DNA from: Cyanobacteria bacterium P01_D01_bin.156
GTDB taxonomy: Bacteria > Cyanobacteriota > Cyanobacteriia > Phormidesmidales > Phormidesmidaceae
Assembly: GCA_039024555.1 (NCBI GenBank)
Contig: JBCCQQ010000007.1
Span: 84,491 to 148,490 of the forward strand
Length of the DNA: 64,000 nt
Direction of reading: 5' to 3'
The notes below the pieces were generated by a model. The model worked only from the letters and a program-made list of their open reading frames with translations. It was not told the DNA's origin and made no database searches. Positions within the stretch are counted from its first letter, which is position 1. Each line of letters starts with the position of its first letter. Positions 30,788 to 40,730 of the stretch are shown here, in pieces. The position numbers were made by a program, and so were the translations under genes.

Positions 30788-31895
30788 GACCTTTACGGTA
30801 GTAGCCCGCGGCTTTAAGCAGGAGTTTGAACGGTGGACTGATGCGCTGGAAACCGCTAATAGTTTGAAACCACAGCTAAAAAGTTGGTTTACCGATATCC
30901 GTGTCTTTGATGGCAAAGATCTCGTGTGGATGTATAGCAAGCTGCGCGCTCATCCAGAGTACATTGGTCCTGGCACCTACGACCGATTGGCTCGCCTATA
31001 TATGGCTGAAGGGCGTATAAAAGCCTCTAGTCGACAACCCTGGAAGATTCGAGACCATCACTTTAACTGGGGCGATCGCACATATCTTATGGGGGTGATA
31101 AATGTTACCCCCGATAGCTTTAGTGATGGCGGACAGTTTAATACTGTCAATACAGCTTTAGAACAGGCTAAGGCTTTAGTTGATAGCCACATCGATATTC
31201 TAGATATTGGCGGACAGTCTACTCGCCCTGGAGCGGAACAAATTTCCCTTGGAGCAGAGCTCAATCGTGTGGTCCCTGTCGTTGAAGCTATTCGTCAATC
31301 GGAGCATCAAGGCCTCAATCAGGCTGTCATTTCTGTAGATACGACTCGTGCTACCGTTGCCCGGGCTGCCGTTGAAGCTGGCGCCGATATTATTAATGAC
31401 ATTTCCGGGGCGACCTATGAGCCGGATATCCTCAAAGTTGCGGCTGAAACAGAAGCCCCCATTATTTTGATGCATTTGCGGGGAACTCCGGAAACCATGC
31501 AGCAAATGACTGACTATGAGGATTTAATGGGGGAAATGACAGAATTTTTGAAAAAGCAGATAGACCAAGCCCTTGCCGTCGGTGTACCCGTTCAGAATAT
31601 TTGTATTGATCCAGGTATCGGTTTCGCTAAGACTTATCCTCAAAATCTAGAAATTCTACGTCAGCTATCTGCTCTTGAAGTATTGGGCTGTCCAATTTTA
31701 GTGGGGGCATCTCGGAAAAGCTTTATTGGTTGGATTTTGGATCAGCCGGACCCTAAACAACGCGAATGGGGAACAGCAGCTGCATGTACTGCCGCCATTT
31801 CTGGAGGGGCAGACATTCTCAGAGTTCACCATGTAGCAATGGTTGAGGTTGCTCGTGTTGCTGATGCCATTTGGCGCTCCTCGGAATCTGCATAG
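30786..31895 (+). CDS. folP: Dihydropteroate synthase with an in-frame ~75-aa N-terminal extension
   Basis: Motifs MGVINVTPDSFSDGG, DIGGQSTRPG, SVDT, IINDISG, DPGIGFAK, SRKSF and LRVH. Confidence 0.93.
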   Translation: MTFTVVARGFKQEFERWTDALETANSLKPQLKSWFTDIRVFDGKDLVWMYSKLRAHPEYIGPGTYDRLARLYMAEGRIKASSRQPWKIRDHHFNWGDRTYLMGVINVTPDSFSDGGQFNTVNTALEQAKALVDSHIDILDIGGQSTRPGAEQISLGAELNRVVPVVEAIRQSEHQGLNQAVISVDTTRATVARAAVEAGADIINDISGATYEPDILKVAAETEAPIILMHLRGTPETMQQMTDYEDLMGEMTEFLKKQIDQALAVGVPVQNICIDPGIGFAKTYPQNLEILRQLSALEVLGCPILVGASRKSFIGWILDQPDPKQREWGTAAACTAAISGGADILRVHHVAMVEVARVADAIWRSSESA

Positions 31896-32176
31896 CAACC
31901 TCCATCGAGTTCAGAGCTCACCCCATGCTCTTTACAGTTTGAACCGTAGTCGTATGACAGCTGCAATTGTTGGGTAGTCTATTAATTGATGTTGATGATA
32001 GGCACAAAGCAGTGTGTGATTTCTTGCTAATAAGCAAGCGTTTAAGAAAAACTTAACCCGAAACTATCTAGCAGCTGAATTGAGCTCTCAGCTTCCAAAG
32101 GCATCAAAAATGACCGGAATTCTATGTAAATTTCGGTAAGGAATAGGTTGTATAAACCTGTTGAGAATACCCCCAA

Positions 32177-32225
32177 GTGCCTACAAAAAGCCTAGAGATT
32201 AGGTCCATAGGCTTTTTGTAGGCAC
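32177..32225. repeat. 18-bp perfect inverted repeat upstream of the TpsB gene
   Basis: GTGCCTACAAAAAGCCTA / TAGGCTTTTTGTAGGCAC with a 13-nt loop. Confidence 0.7.
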
Positions 32226-32352
32226 GGATAAAAGCGGTAGGAAAACTCACTCTAAAGTTCAAATAATCGTTTCCTTTAAGGAAATTTTGAGCATTAACGG
32301 GGTTTAATCCAAACAGGTAGCGTAGTTGTCGGGTGGAGATACGAGGAGATTT

Positions 32353-34353
32353 ATGCAACAGAAACTAACCACGCTTATTCTGTTAAGCACTGTTATTGGT
32401 TTTGGTAACTGTGTTTCAGCAACGGCTAGTAACTCTCTGATATCCACATCACTAACTCTTGATTTATCAAGCGATAGTTTACCGATTCCCTTCGAATCAT
32501 CTGAATTATCCACCCATGGTCTAACAAAACCCCACACATCCGATGTTCAGACTATTCGAACTAATAGTGAAAATTCATTTGACCGTTCCGTTCCGCTGCT
32601 CCAAGAAGATAGGATTCAACACTTAGCCGCTAATCGCCCCGGGTCAGCTCCGAAGGAAGAAGAGATAGGCGGTATCCCATTACCTGCAATTACACCGCCG
32701 GAGGACATTGGTCCGCTTCTTTCGACAAGAACATCTACAGATACAGTTATTAGTCAAGTACCTGCGGTTCCCCCACCGGCAGACAGTTTTCCAAAGCCTT
32801 TACCGGACCCTACTACTACGACTCCTGAACCTGTGCTCCCTGACTCGCCTAGCCCTTCAGATATACCGGCAGAGATCATACCAGAACCAACGGGCCCTAC
32901 AGTCACTGTTCAAGGCTTTGAAGTGTCAGGGAGCACAGTATTTGACACCTCAGATTTTGATGCGGTTTTATCCCCTCTAGTGGGCCAAGCCTCAGGTATT
33001 GATGAGCTGCGGCAAGCGGCAGATGCAATTACTCAGCTTTATCTTAATCAGGGATACATTACTTCGCGAGCCGTTTTACCCAACCAACCCGTCACAGATG
33101 GCATTATCCGGTTGCAGGTCATCGAAGGCAGTCTAGAAGAAATTGTCATTGAGGACGCCGATCGATTAGATAGCTATGTGCGATCTCGTATTGAACTAGG
33201 TGCCGATACCCCCCTCAATCAGTTCGACTTAGAAGATCAGTTACGATTGCTGCGGGCCGATCCACTTATCGACAACATAGAAGCTAGCCTACGGGCCGGA
33301 ACAGGCTTGGGGCAGAGTATTTTAGTTGTGCGGATTGCTGAAGCTGAGCCCTTTGAGGCCCATCTCACATTAGATACAGATTCTCCTGTAAGTGTCGGTG
33401 TGGTACGTACAGGAGCTAATGTTACCTATCGCAATCCTTTTGGCATTGGCGATCAGATTCGGGCGGCTGCCTACAGAGCCACTACAGGCGGTTCTCATCT
33501 TTATGAATTGAGCTACAGTGCCCCAGTCAATGCAATGAACGGAACTGTTTCGGCTCGATTTCTCCCTAGTGAATTTGACATCATTTCTCCCAGAGATTTA
33601 GCCAATCTTGATATTGAAGGAGATGCTCAGGTGTATGAGCTGACGTATCGTCAGCCCTTGGTTCGAAATCCTCGCGAAGAATTTGCTCTGTCTCTGGGCT
33701 TTCGCCATCGAGATGGTGATACACGCTTACTAGGCCAGGACTTTACAAGCAACAGTGCCAGTGTGATTCAGTTTGGTCAGGACTACATCCATCGGGATGT
33801 ACAGGGCGCTTGGGCGCTACGATCTCAGTTTAGTCTAGGAGTTGATTGGCTAGATGCGACTAACGAATCTTCTCCTAGGGCTGACAGCCAATTTGTAAGC
33901 TGGTTAGGCCAAGCACAGCGAGCTCAAATTCTCAATCAGGATCATTTGTTAGTAGTACAAGGAGATATTCAGCTTGCCAATGACACTCTCTTAGGATCAG
34001 AACAATTTGTAATCGGAGGGCGTCAGTCAGTGCGAGGGTACGGCCAAAATGCCCGATTTGGGGACAACGGCATCCGACTATCGGTGGAAGATCGCATTAC
34101 TGTTCAACGAGATGAATCCGGTACCCCCATCATGTTACTGACCCCCTTTGTGGATATGGCAGCCGTATGGAATAGTCAATCTGGTACCACTGTCAACAAT
34201 GATCGGTTTCTGTTGGGTACCGGTGTTGGTTTTACCTATCGTCCTGTTGAGGGGCTAGATTTACATCTTGATGTGGGCGTTCCTTTGGTGGATATCAATG
34301 ATAGTGCTCCTCAAGATGTGTTTCTCTATCTAGACTTTGATCTGGAGCTTTAA
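32353..34353 (+). CDS. ShlB/FhaC/HecB (TpsB) two-partner-secretion outer-membrane transporter
   Basis: Signal peptide, Pro-rich linker, POTRA motif ITQLYLNQGYITSRA...QVIEG and barrel motif GGRQSVRGY. GAGGAG RBS before 32353. Confidence 0.9.
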   Translation: MQQKLTTLILLSTVIGFGNCVSATASNSLISTSLTLDLSSDSLPIPFESSELSTHGLTKPHTSDVQTIRTNSENSFDRSVPLLQEDRIQHLAANRPGSAPKEEEIGGIPLPAITPPEDIGPLLSTRTSTDTVISQVPAVPPPADSFPKPLPDPTTTTPEPVLPDSPSPSDIPAEIIPEPTGPTVTVQGFEVSGSTVFDTSDFDAVLSPLVGQASGIDELRQAADAITQLYLNQGYITSRAVLPNQPVTDGIIRLQVIEGSLEEIVIEDADRLDSYVRSRIELGADTPLNQFDLEDQLRLLRADPLIDNIEASLRAGTGLGQSILVVRIAEAEPFEAHLTLDTDSPVSVGVVRTGANVTYRNPFGIGDQIRAAAYRATTGGSHLYELSYSAPVNAMNGTVSARFLPSEFDIISPRDLANLDIEGDAQVYELTYRQPLVRNPREEFALSLGFRHRDGDTRLLGQDFTSNSASVIQFGQDYIHRDVQGAWALRSQFSLGVDWLDATNESSPRADSQFVSWLGQAQRAQILNQDHLLVVQGDIQLANDTLLGSEQFVIGGRQSVRGYGQNARFGDNGIRLSVEDRITVQRDESGTPIMLLTPFVDMAAVWNSQSGTTVNNDRFLLGTGVGFTYRPVEGLDLHLDVGVPLVDINDSAPQDVFLYLDFDLEL

Positions 34354-34867
34354 TCGAATAACAACTGAGTAGTTTGAAGATCTCCCACGGGCATTAACAA
34401 TAACTGGGTAGCTCCTGTTATCACACGTTCGACCATATCCTCTTTACACGTAAATTTCTGGATTCACGTTGACTACGTGGATCCGTTGCTCGTAAGTGGA
34501 TGATAGTTTCATATTTGATTACCAGAGTAAAGAGTATGTAAAGACTACGCAAAGCTTGCAACATGGACAGGGTAGCCCAGATCTTTTCTGTAAAGATCTA
34601 GTATGAATCGAAATAAACCCTAAGTCTTATGCGGCCTCACGTAGTTTGTTTTTAACCATTGGAAACTTAATAACACTAGGTCTTTGGCCATTGCCCATAT
34701 CAGACAATCTGGGTAACGGATTAAGACGAGTGCCATTGTTGATTTGGCCTATTTCGAACATTGGCCGCTGTATCTAAAGTGACAGAGCACCTCGATGGCT
34801 TTACACATGTCCCGGTTTTAATTAATACGCTTCTCCTAATTCCTGAAATTAAGCTCCACCTATTGCT

Positions 34868-36061
34868 ATGGACTTACAGCATCTGCGTTTACTGCTTGTA
34901 CAAGGTACCGAACCCTATCGACAAGGTATAGCCCATGGCACTCTCAATAATGCACAGCTAACTATATTAGAGGGCTTGACCACTTGGGGATTTCAGCTAC
35001 AGGAGGTGGGCGTAGTAGGCTGGGCGTCAGAAGAAGTCTATGATGATCTACTGGATACAGGGGTTCGAGTCATTGGCAGCGGATTGCCAAATACGAACGC
35101 TCCCATATTAAAAAAACTAGCAGATTTTTGTCCTACACACATTGTCGTCGATACACCTGAACCGGCATTATTTCGGTGGGCTCTTCGTAATCAGGTACGT
35201 TGCATTGCAATGTTTCAAGACGTTTTAGAGGGGCCTGGGATAAAGCAGCGATGGGACAATTATCAATTGTCTAAAGTGCTCAATCACACGGGTGTCGATT
35301 GGGTGGGTGTCTTAGGTCTCAAAGCTTGTGAATCACTCGCTCAGATAGGGGTATCACGACATAAGTTAATTCCCTGGAGTTGGCCTCCTCAAAACCGGGC
35401 AGAAACATTCGAAGCTAAGCAGTTGCGGGCTCATCCCGACCCTTTCAAACTCATCTATGCAGGTCCAATTCTCTCCACTCGAGGTGTTGGCGATCTTCTG
35501 TTAGCCGTTTCTCAACTCAGAGCCCAGGGTCGGAATATTCACCTCAAATTGATTGGTAAGGGGGATGTATCAAGGTTTGAAGCTCAAGCAAAACGTCTCC
35601 AGCTTGATACAGCACAATTTATTGAAAGGGTGCCCGAGCATAGTCTGGTCTACCTAATTCATCAAGCAGATCTTTGCGTCATGCCTAGTCGCCATGAATC
35701 GCCAGAACATTCCAACACGATCCTGAATACCTGTCTTCAGGCAAATACCCCCATTGTTGCCTCTGATCATCCCATGTTTAGAGGAAGTCTGAGTCATGGT
35801 GTTAACGCAATGATCTACCCTGCGGGCAGTGCCCGTGCCCTTACTCACAGCATTGACTATCTGATGAACCATCCAGACGTTTATCACAAGCTCTCTGCAG
35901 CTAGCCAAACAGCCTGGCAATCTGTACAACTACCTATACATTGGATTTCCTTACTCGAACACTGGTTCCAGGATGATAGCCGTCAGTGGATGCAGCAATA
36001 TGCGCTCACGTCTCCTCGCTATCAAAACTATCCATCAGAGTTACTACCTGTGCTTACTTAA
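34868..36061 (+). CDS. Glycosyltransferase, GT4/GT-B fold
   Basis: LIYAG...RGVGDLL, ADLCVMPSRHE and TPIVASDHP. The ExxxxxxxE motif looks degenerate. Confidence 0.8.
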   Translation: MDLQHLRLLLVQGTEPYRQGIAHGTLNNAQLTILEGLTTWGFQLQEVGVVGWASEEVYDDLLDTGVRVIGSGLPNTNAPILKKLADFCPTHIVVDTPEPALFRWALRNQVRCIAMFQDVLEGPGIKQRWDNYQLSKVLNHTGVDWVGVLGLKACESLAQIGVSRHKLIPWSWPPQNRAETFEAKQLRAHPDPFKLIYAGPILSTRGVGDLLLAVSQLRAQGRNIHLKLIGKGDVSRFEAQAKRLQLDTAQFIERVPEHSLVYLIHQADLCVMPSRHESPEHSNTILNTCLQANTPIVASDHPMFRGSLSHGVNAMIYPAGSARALTHSIDYLMNHPDVYHKLSAASQTAWQSVQLPIHWISLLEHWFQDDSRQWMQQYALTSPRYQNYPSELLPVLT

Positions 36062-36528
36062 CCCCTTAAAGTAGGCAAGCCCTAGAGATTGTCAGAATGT
36101 TTCTGAGGGATGTAGAACATTTTGGCAAGACCATCAGCCACAACCAGAGCAAAGCTAAACCGTAAATTTACGAAACCTGCCTGAATCGCAATTTTTAGAC
36201 TAAATAGTCGGAGTAAGAACGGGCATGCTGTATCAGTATGGTGAAGCCTTACTAAAGGTTGTCTTCATGTGCCGATATGAATTGGTATATCGCATCTATT
36301 GACAAGCCAATAACCGATATTAATAGCTCTCACAATCACTAAGTAAAATTGAAACTTTATCAGGATTAGACCAGTCCTATAAGTGAGTCACTCCAAATCG
36401 CCTGCCGCTAAATTACTTGCCGACAGTTCCTGAAGCCAACCATGAAAACCGTGCAATCCCTCGCTAAAAATCATTTACCATCCACGGCCTATTTGAATTT
36501 TGTAGCACTTTTTCTTAGGCAAACTCAT

Positions 36529-37617
36529 ATGCAGTCAAAGGTTTTGCAGCTTCTAGGAATTCTTCTTCTCAGCAGTTTTCCAATCCATGTAGCGGCATTA
36601 CCCAGTTTTGCTCAGCTGCCTCCTTTGGAAGCACCTAGTCGGTTTACCCGAAGCGTTGGTGAGTCAACTGTAGCTCTAGAAACCTATGCACTAGGGCCAG
36701 GGGACCAGATCAGAGTTGCCGTGTTAGCTAGCAATGAGTTGTTCCAAGAGCCTATTGATCAGATTGTTCTGCTCGATGGTTCATTGACCTTACCTTGGGT
36801 CGGCAAGGTAAACGTGGCAGGACTTAATCCTATCCAAGCTGAGCAGAAGGTGATCAGTGCCTATGAGCGCTACATTCGCAATCCACAAGTTACTTTTCAA
36901 CTTCTTCAGCCACGCCCCATTCGGGTAGGAATTGTTGGTGAAATTAAACGCCCTGGAGGCTACACGCTCCAGGTGAGTTCGGATGCTGGCGAACAGTCTG
37001 AAGCTAGTGAAAGTCGTGCCCGATTTTGGCCTAGTGTAACGCAAGCCATTAGTAACGCAGGTGGAATTACCAGGGGTGCAGATGTTAGGTCTGTTCAAAT
37101 CAAACGTGAAGGTGTATCTGAAATTATTCAGGTTGACCTGTGGGATTTAGTGGAAAGCGGTAATTTACGTCAGGATGTTTTGCTGCGGGATGGTGACCAG
37201 ATTTTAATACCCACTGCCCAGGCAATTGATAACGCTGAAATTATTGCTCTAGCCAATACAACGTTTGCCCCTGAAACTATTACGGTTAATGTTGTTGGCG
37301 AAGTGGCTACCCCTGGAAGTCTTTCCGTTCCACCGGATACGCTTCTCAATCAAGCAATTTTGACAGCTGGTGGGTTTAACACTCGCGCTCGTAAGAGTCG
37401 AGTGGACTTTATTCGCCTCAATCCTAATGGAACAGTCTCTCAGCAATCAGTTGATATCGATCTTGCCCAAGACGTTAACAGTGAGCAAAATCCTGTTCTT
37501 CAAGAGGGAGACACCATTATTGTTGGCCGTTCGGGACTTGCTGCCACATCAGATACGGCTGGTCTGATTTTTTCACCCCTAACTAATTTATTCTTAGGTC
37601 TTTTTGGTATCCGGTAA
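36529..37617 (+). CDS. wza: Polysaccharide export protein (Wza/SLBB)
   Basis: Motifs YALGPGDQI, DGSLTLPWVG, VGEIKRPG, AGG, LRDGD and a second SLBB repeat VVGEVATPG. Confidence 0.9.
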   Translation: MQSKVLQLLGILLLSSFPIHVAALPSFAQLPPLEAPSRFTRSVGESTVALETYALGPGDQIRVAVLASNELFQEPIDQIVLLDGSLTLPWVGKVNVAGLNPIQAEQKVISAYERYIRNPQVTFQLLQPRPIRVGIVGEIKRPGGYTLQVSSDAGEQSEASESRARFWPSVTQAISNAGGITRGADVRSVQIKREGVSEIIQVDLWDLVESGNLRQDVLLRDGDQILIPTAQAIDNAEIIALANTTFAPETITVNVVGEVATPGSLSVPPDTLLNQAILTAGGFNTRARKSRVDFIRLNPNGTVSQQSVDIDLAQDVNSEQNPVLQEGDTIIVGRSGLAATSDTAGLIFSPLTNLFLGLFGIR

Positions 37618-37699
37618 TCAATGCTGTTTCTGTTTAACCTTTTTGATTAGCTAACTGTTTTGAGTTTATCAATCCTTTAGATGGCAGCCTACTTATACT

Positions 37700-39175
37700 A
37701 TGAACTTCATTCGTAACGTTATTGACCTTAACCTGCAGTATTTGTTTGCAGCTACTCGACGAGGCATTGTACCTGCTACGACGGCATTTGTCCTGACAGT
37801 TCTGGGAGCGGCCACCGTTGCCAAAGTACTAAAACCAACTTATCTGGCTGAAGGGAAACTGTTATTTAAGCCGGACCGTGCAGCTACCCTGACGGGTTTC
37901 GAGGAAGATGGAAGCCCATTACAAACAATTAGTTACGGAACCCAGCTAAATTCTGAAATTGAAATTATTACTTCAAAACCATTAATACAAAAAACTATTG
38001 ACTCACTTCAGCTCAAGAACGACGAAGGCGAACCTCTAAAAGTTGAAGATATTTGGCAAAATCTCCAGGTAGGAGTTATCTTCCAAACGGACGTTCTGTC
38101 CTTTTCCTATCTGGATCAAGATCCGGTCAAGGCTTCTGATATTATCAATACGCTGATGGAGCTCTATCGCTCGGAGAAGCTGGCCAGCACTCAGACCGAT
38201 ACCGCAAGTGCCGGAGAATTTTTGGATCGGCAGCTTCCCATAAGTGCGGAAAAAGTGAGGGAAGCAGAATACGAACTGAGAATTTTTCGAGAAACCTATA
38301 ATGTTGTTGACTTGGGTGAAGAGCGAGGAATTGCAGTTGCAGCACTGAATGATTTTCGTCAAAGTTTAGACACTATTAAAGCTGAGCTTGGTGGTTTATA
38401 TAGCGTTCAGCAGAGATTAAATAACGAAGTCGGATTAAGTGTTTCCGATGCGATTAAGTCAAATACTCTCAGCCAATCTGGTCAAATTCAGGGTATTCTC
38501 GCTGACCTTAATGCAGTGCGTCGCGAAATCGCATTACAGCAGGTCGAGTTTACAGAAGAGAGCCCTGTTCTACAGCAGTTACTGGAGCAGGAAGCTGCCT
38601 TAACAGCTCTTTTGGATAATGCAACGCTAGCCTTTGGGGCTGGACCTGTCCAAGAATCTGTATTGCAAGTTGGCGGCGGCGGTGGGGCTGGAGCTGGTGG
38701 TGGAGCAGATGGTGCTGCCGGTGGCGGCCCCACTCTGAGAGATGCGCTAGTTGAACTTTACGTTACCAATCAACTTGAAATAATTGCATTAGAAGGGCAA
38801 CAAGAGGCGATTCTAACCAATGCCCAGGTCTACCAAGAACGCGTTGGTCTGTTCCCCGAATTAGAACAGCGGCAGCGAGACCTACAGCGGAACCTAGAAG
38901 CAGCTCAGGAAACTTATCAAGAACTGTTGAATAGACGTCAAGAAATTCAGGTTAAGGAAAACCAGCTTACGAACTTTATTCAGATCATTGAGCCTGCGAT
39001 TCCTCCCGAAAAGCCCTCCTCTCAGGTTGCTGTCAAGGTGGTTGCGATGGGTATTGTTGCTGGTTTTGCTCTAGCACTAGCAATTATTGTTGCTATTGAT
39101 TTCTTTATCGTGGATATCCAAGGCACCAATAAAAATTACGATCCAGATGCTTACAATATTCCTTCAGGTCTGTAG
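37700..39175 (+). CDS. Polysaccharide co-polymerase (GumC/Wzc N-terminal type) lacking a tyrosine-kinase domain
   Basis: TM1 plus PTYLAEGKLLF, EIEIITS, coiled-coil region, IIEPAIPPEKP plus TM2; the protein ends ~25 aa after TM2. Confidence 0.85.
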   Translation: MNFIRNVIDLNLQYLFAATRRGIVPATTAFVLTVLGAATVAKVLKPTYLAEGKLLFKPDRAATLTGFEEDGSPLQTISYGTQLNSEIEIITSKPLIQKTIDSLQLKNDEGEPLKVEDIWQNLQVGVIFQTDVLSFSYLDQDPVKASDIINTLMELYRSEKLASTQTDTASAGEFLDRQLPISAEKVREAEYELRIFRETYNVVDLGEERGIAVAALNDFRQSLDTIKAELGGLYSVQQRLNNEVGLSVSDAIKSNTLSQSGQIQGILADLNAVRREIALQQVEFTEESPVLQQLLEQEAALTALLDNATLAFGAGPVQESVLQVGGGGGAGAGGGADGAAGGGPTLRDALVELYVTNQLEIIALEGQQEAILTNAQVYQERVGLFPELEQRQRDLQRNLEAAQETYQELLNRRQEIQVKENQLTNFIQIIEPAIPPEKPSSQVAVKVVAMGIVAGFALALAIIVAIDFFIVDIQGTNKNYDPDAYNIPSGL

Positions 39176-39258
39176 TGGGAAATGAGCATCGAGTTTAGTC
39201 CAGTATAGATTTTTGATTATAACAATCCTGTCTAAATATTCTGTAAACCTGCTGTATT

Positions 39259-40695
39259 ATGGTGCTGCAAACTGCTTCCGCCAGCGAACTCCCTCCTGAA
39301 TACACAGATGAAGAAAAATCATCTCGAAAAATATTCTTGGAGAAAATATTAGAGAAGGTTGAATTCACCTTTGTTTTTGTTTCCTTCTTTTTCTTCACTG
39401 ATGCAGTGACGATGGTTGTTCTCAGTGGCGGAGCCAGTGAAGGTGACGGATTTAGCTATGATTCTGTCAACTACACTATTGTGCATTTGTTCTATGTTAT
39501 TCACAATTTTCTGACAATTTTGTTAGTGGCATGCCGGTATAAGCGAACACTCTACATCCTCTTAAGCAATCCGGTTTTAATTGCTGCTAGCGCTATGGTG
39601 GGGCTATCTTTTCTATGGTCTTTTGTTCCTGATCAGTCATTGTCTGCAGGGATATTTGCTACTTGCAACGTTTTGTTCTCGATATATTTAGCAGGACGGT
39701 ATACCCTCAAGCAACAAATTACGATTCTTAGCTATGTGCTCTTGACCATAGCCATTCTTAACTTTGTATTTGTGTATGCCTTACCCCAGTATGGAATTAT
39801 GGGACCACCAGTGCATGCAGGAGCCTGGCGAGGTGTTTTTACCCATAAAAATGGTGCTGGAAAAATGATGGTGTTAACCTGTGGTGTTATGTACACCATG
39901 TTTAATGAAGTAAAAAATAAGCGTTTGAAGTGGTTGTATGCGCTCGGTTTGTTGCTTGCACTACAAATGATTAATAAAACAGGGTCCGGTGGTGCGCTGC
40001 TGAACTCTGTTTTTATTTTGACTATTGTGACACTGCTGCAGGTCTTTAAAACAGAAACTCGTAAGCTTCTTTTATCTCTAATTTTTCTTATCTCAGCAGC
40101 AATATTTATTGCTGTTGCCTACGTGCCTCTGATGACGTTTGCGCTCGGGTTAATTGGTAAAGATGCAACACTGACTGGACGTACCGACATTTGGGAATAT
40201 ATTTACACAATGATTGGACATCGCCCTGTTCTAGGGTACGGACTCGGTGGCTTCTGGCATGGAACAGCAGGTCCTTCACTATATGTCTGGCAACGCGCTG
40301 GTTGGAAAGTACCTGATGCACACCATGGTTTTCTAGACATGACCCTGCAAATTGGCATACTGGGGTCGGTGATCGTATGCCTGGGTCTATGGCAAACGTT
40401 GTTGAGAGGTCTTGCCAGAACTCGACTGTTTAAGACCTGGATCAGTAGCTGGCCTGCTTCGTATGTGCTCTACATTGTTCTAATTAATCTAGCCGAGTCC
40501 TCGCTGCTAGCACCCAACAGTATATTTTGGATCCTCATTTGTACGATGGGCTTTACAACATCATTCGAAGCGAAGTATCTAACTGATTTTGACCGGTTTA
40601 CTCTGGCCGGAAATAGTAATCTTATGGGCGATGAAATTATGGGTAAGCTTAAGTCCTCAGAACGTGCTAAAACTACTACTCCAATGAGTATTTAG
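39259..40695 (+). CDS. wzy: Wzy polymerase / O-antigen-ligase family (ExoQ-like)
   Basis: Multi-TM protein with WRGVFTHKN, GKDATLTGRTDIW, RPVLGYG and AHHGFLD. Confidence 0.85.
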   Translation: MVLQTASASELPPEYTDEEKSSRKIFLEKILEKVEFTFVFVSFFFFTDAVTMVVLSGGASEGDGFSYDSVNYTIVHLFYVIHNFLTILLVACRYKRTLYILLSNPVLIAASAMVGLSFLWSFVPDQSLSAGIFATCNVLFSIYLAGRYTLKQQITILSYVLLTIAILNFVFVYALPQYGIMGPPVHAGAWRGVFTHKNGAGKMMVLTCGVMYTMFNEVKNKRLKWLYALGLLLALQMINKTGSGGALLNSVFILTIVTLLQVFKTETRKLLLSLIFLISAAIFIAVAYVPLMTFALGLIGKDATLTGRTDIWEYIYTMIGHRPVLGYGLGGFWHGTAGPSLYVWQRAGWKVPDAHHGFLDMTLQIGILGSVIVCLGLWQTLLRGLARTRLFKTWISSWPASYVLYIVLINLAESSLLAPNSIFWILICTMGFTTSFEAKYLTDFDRFTLAGNSNLMGDEIMGKLKSSERAKTTTPMSI

Positions 40696-40730
40696 GTTCT
40701 ATCTCTTAACTATTCAATCCTATACGTAGT

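Noticed and set aside
34440..36172. Recurring CGTA-N4-TACG/ACGT-like motifs upstream of EPS genes (e.g. CGTAAATTTACG at 36161)
   Set aside because: Only one perfect instance; the others are too degenerate to support without statistical motif discovery.
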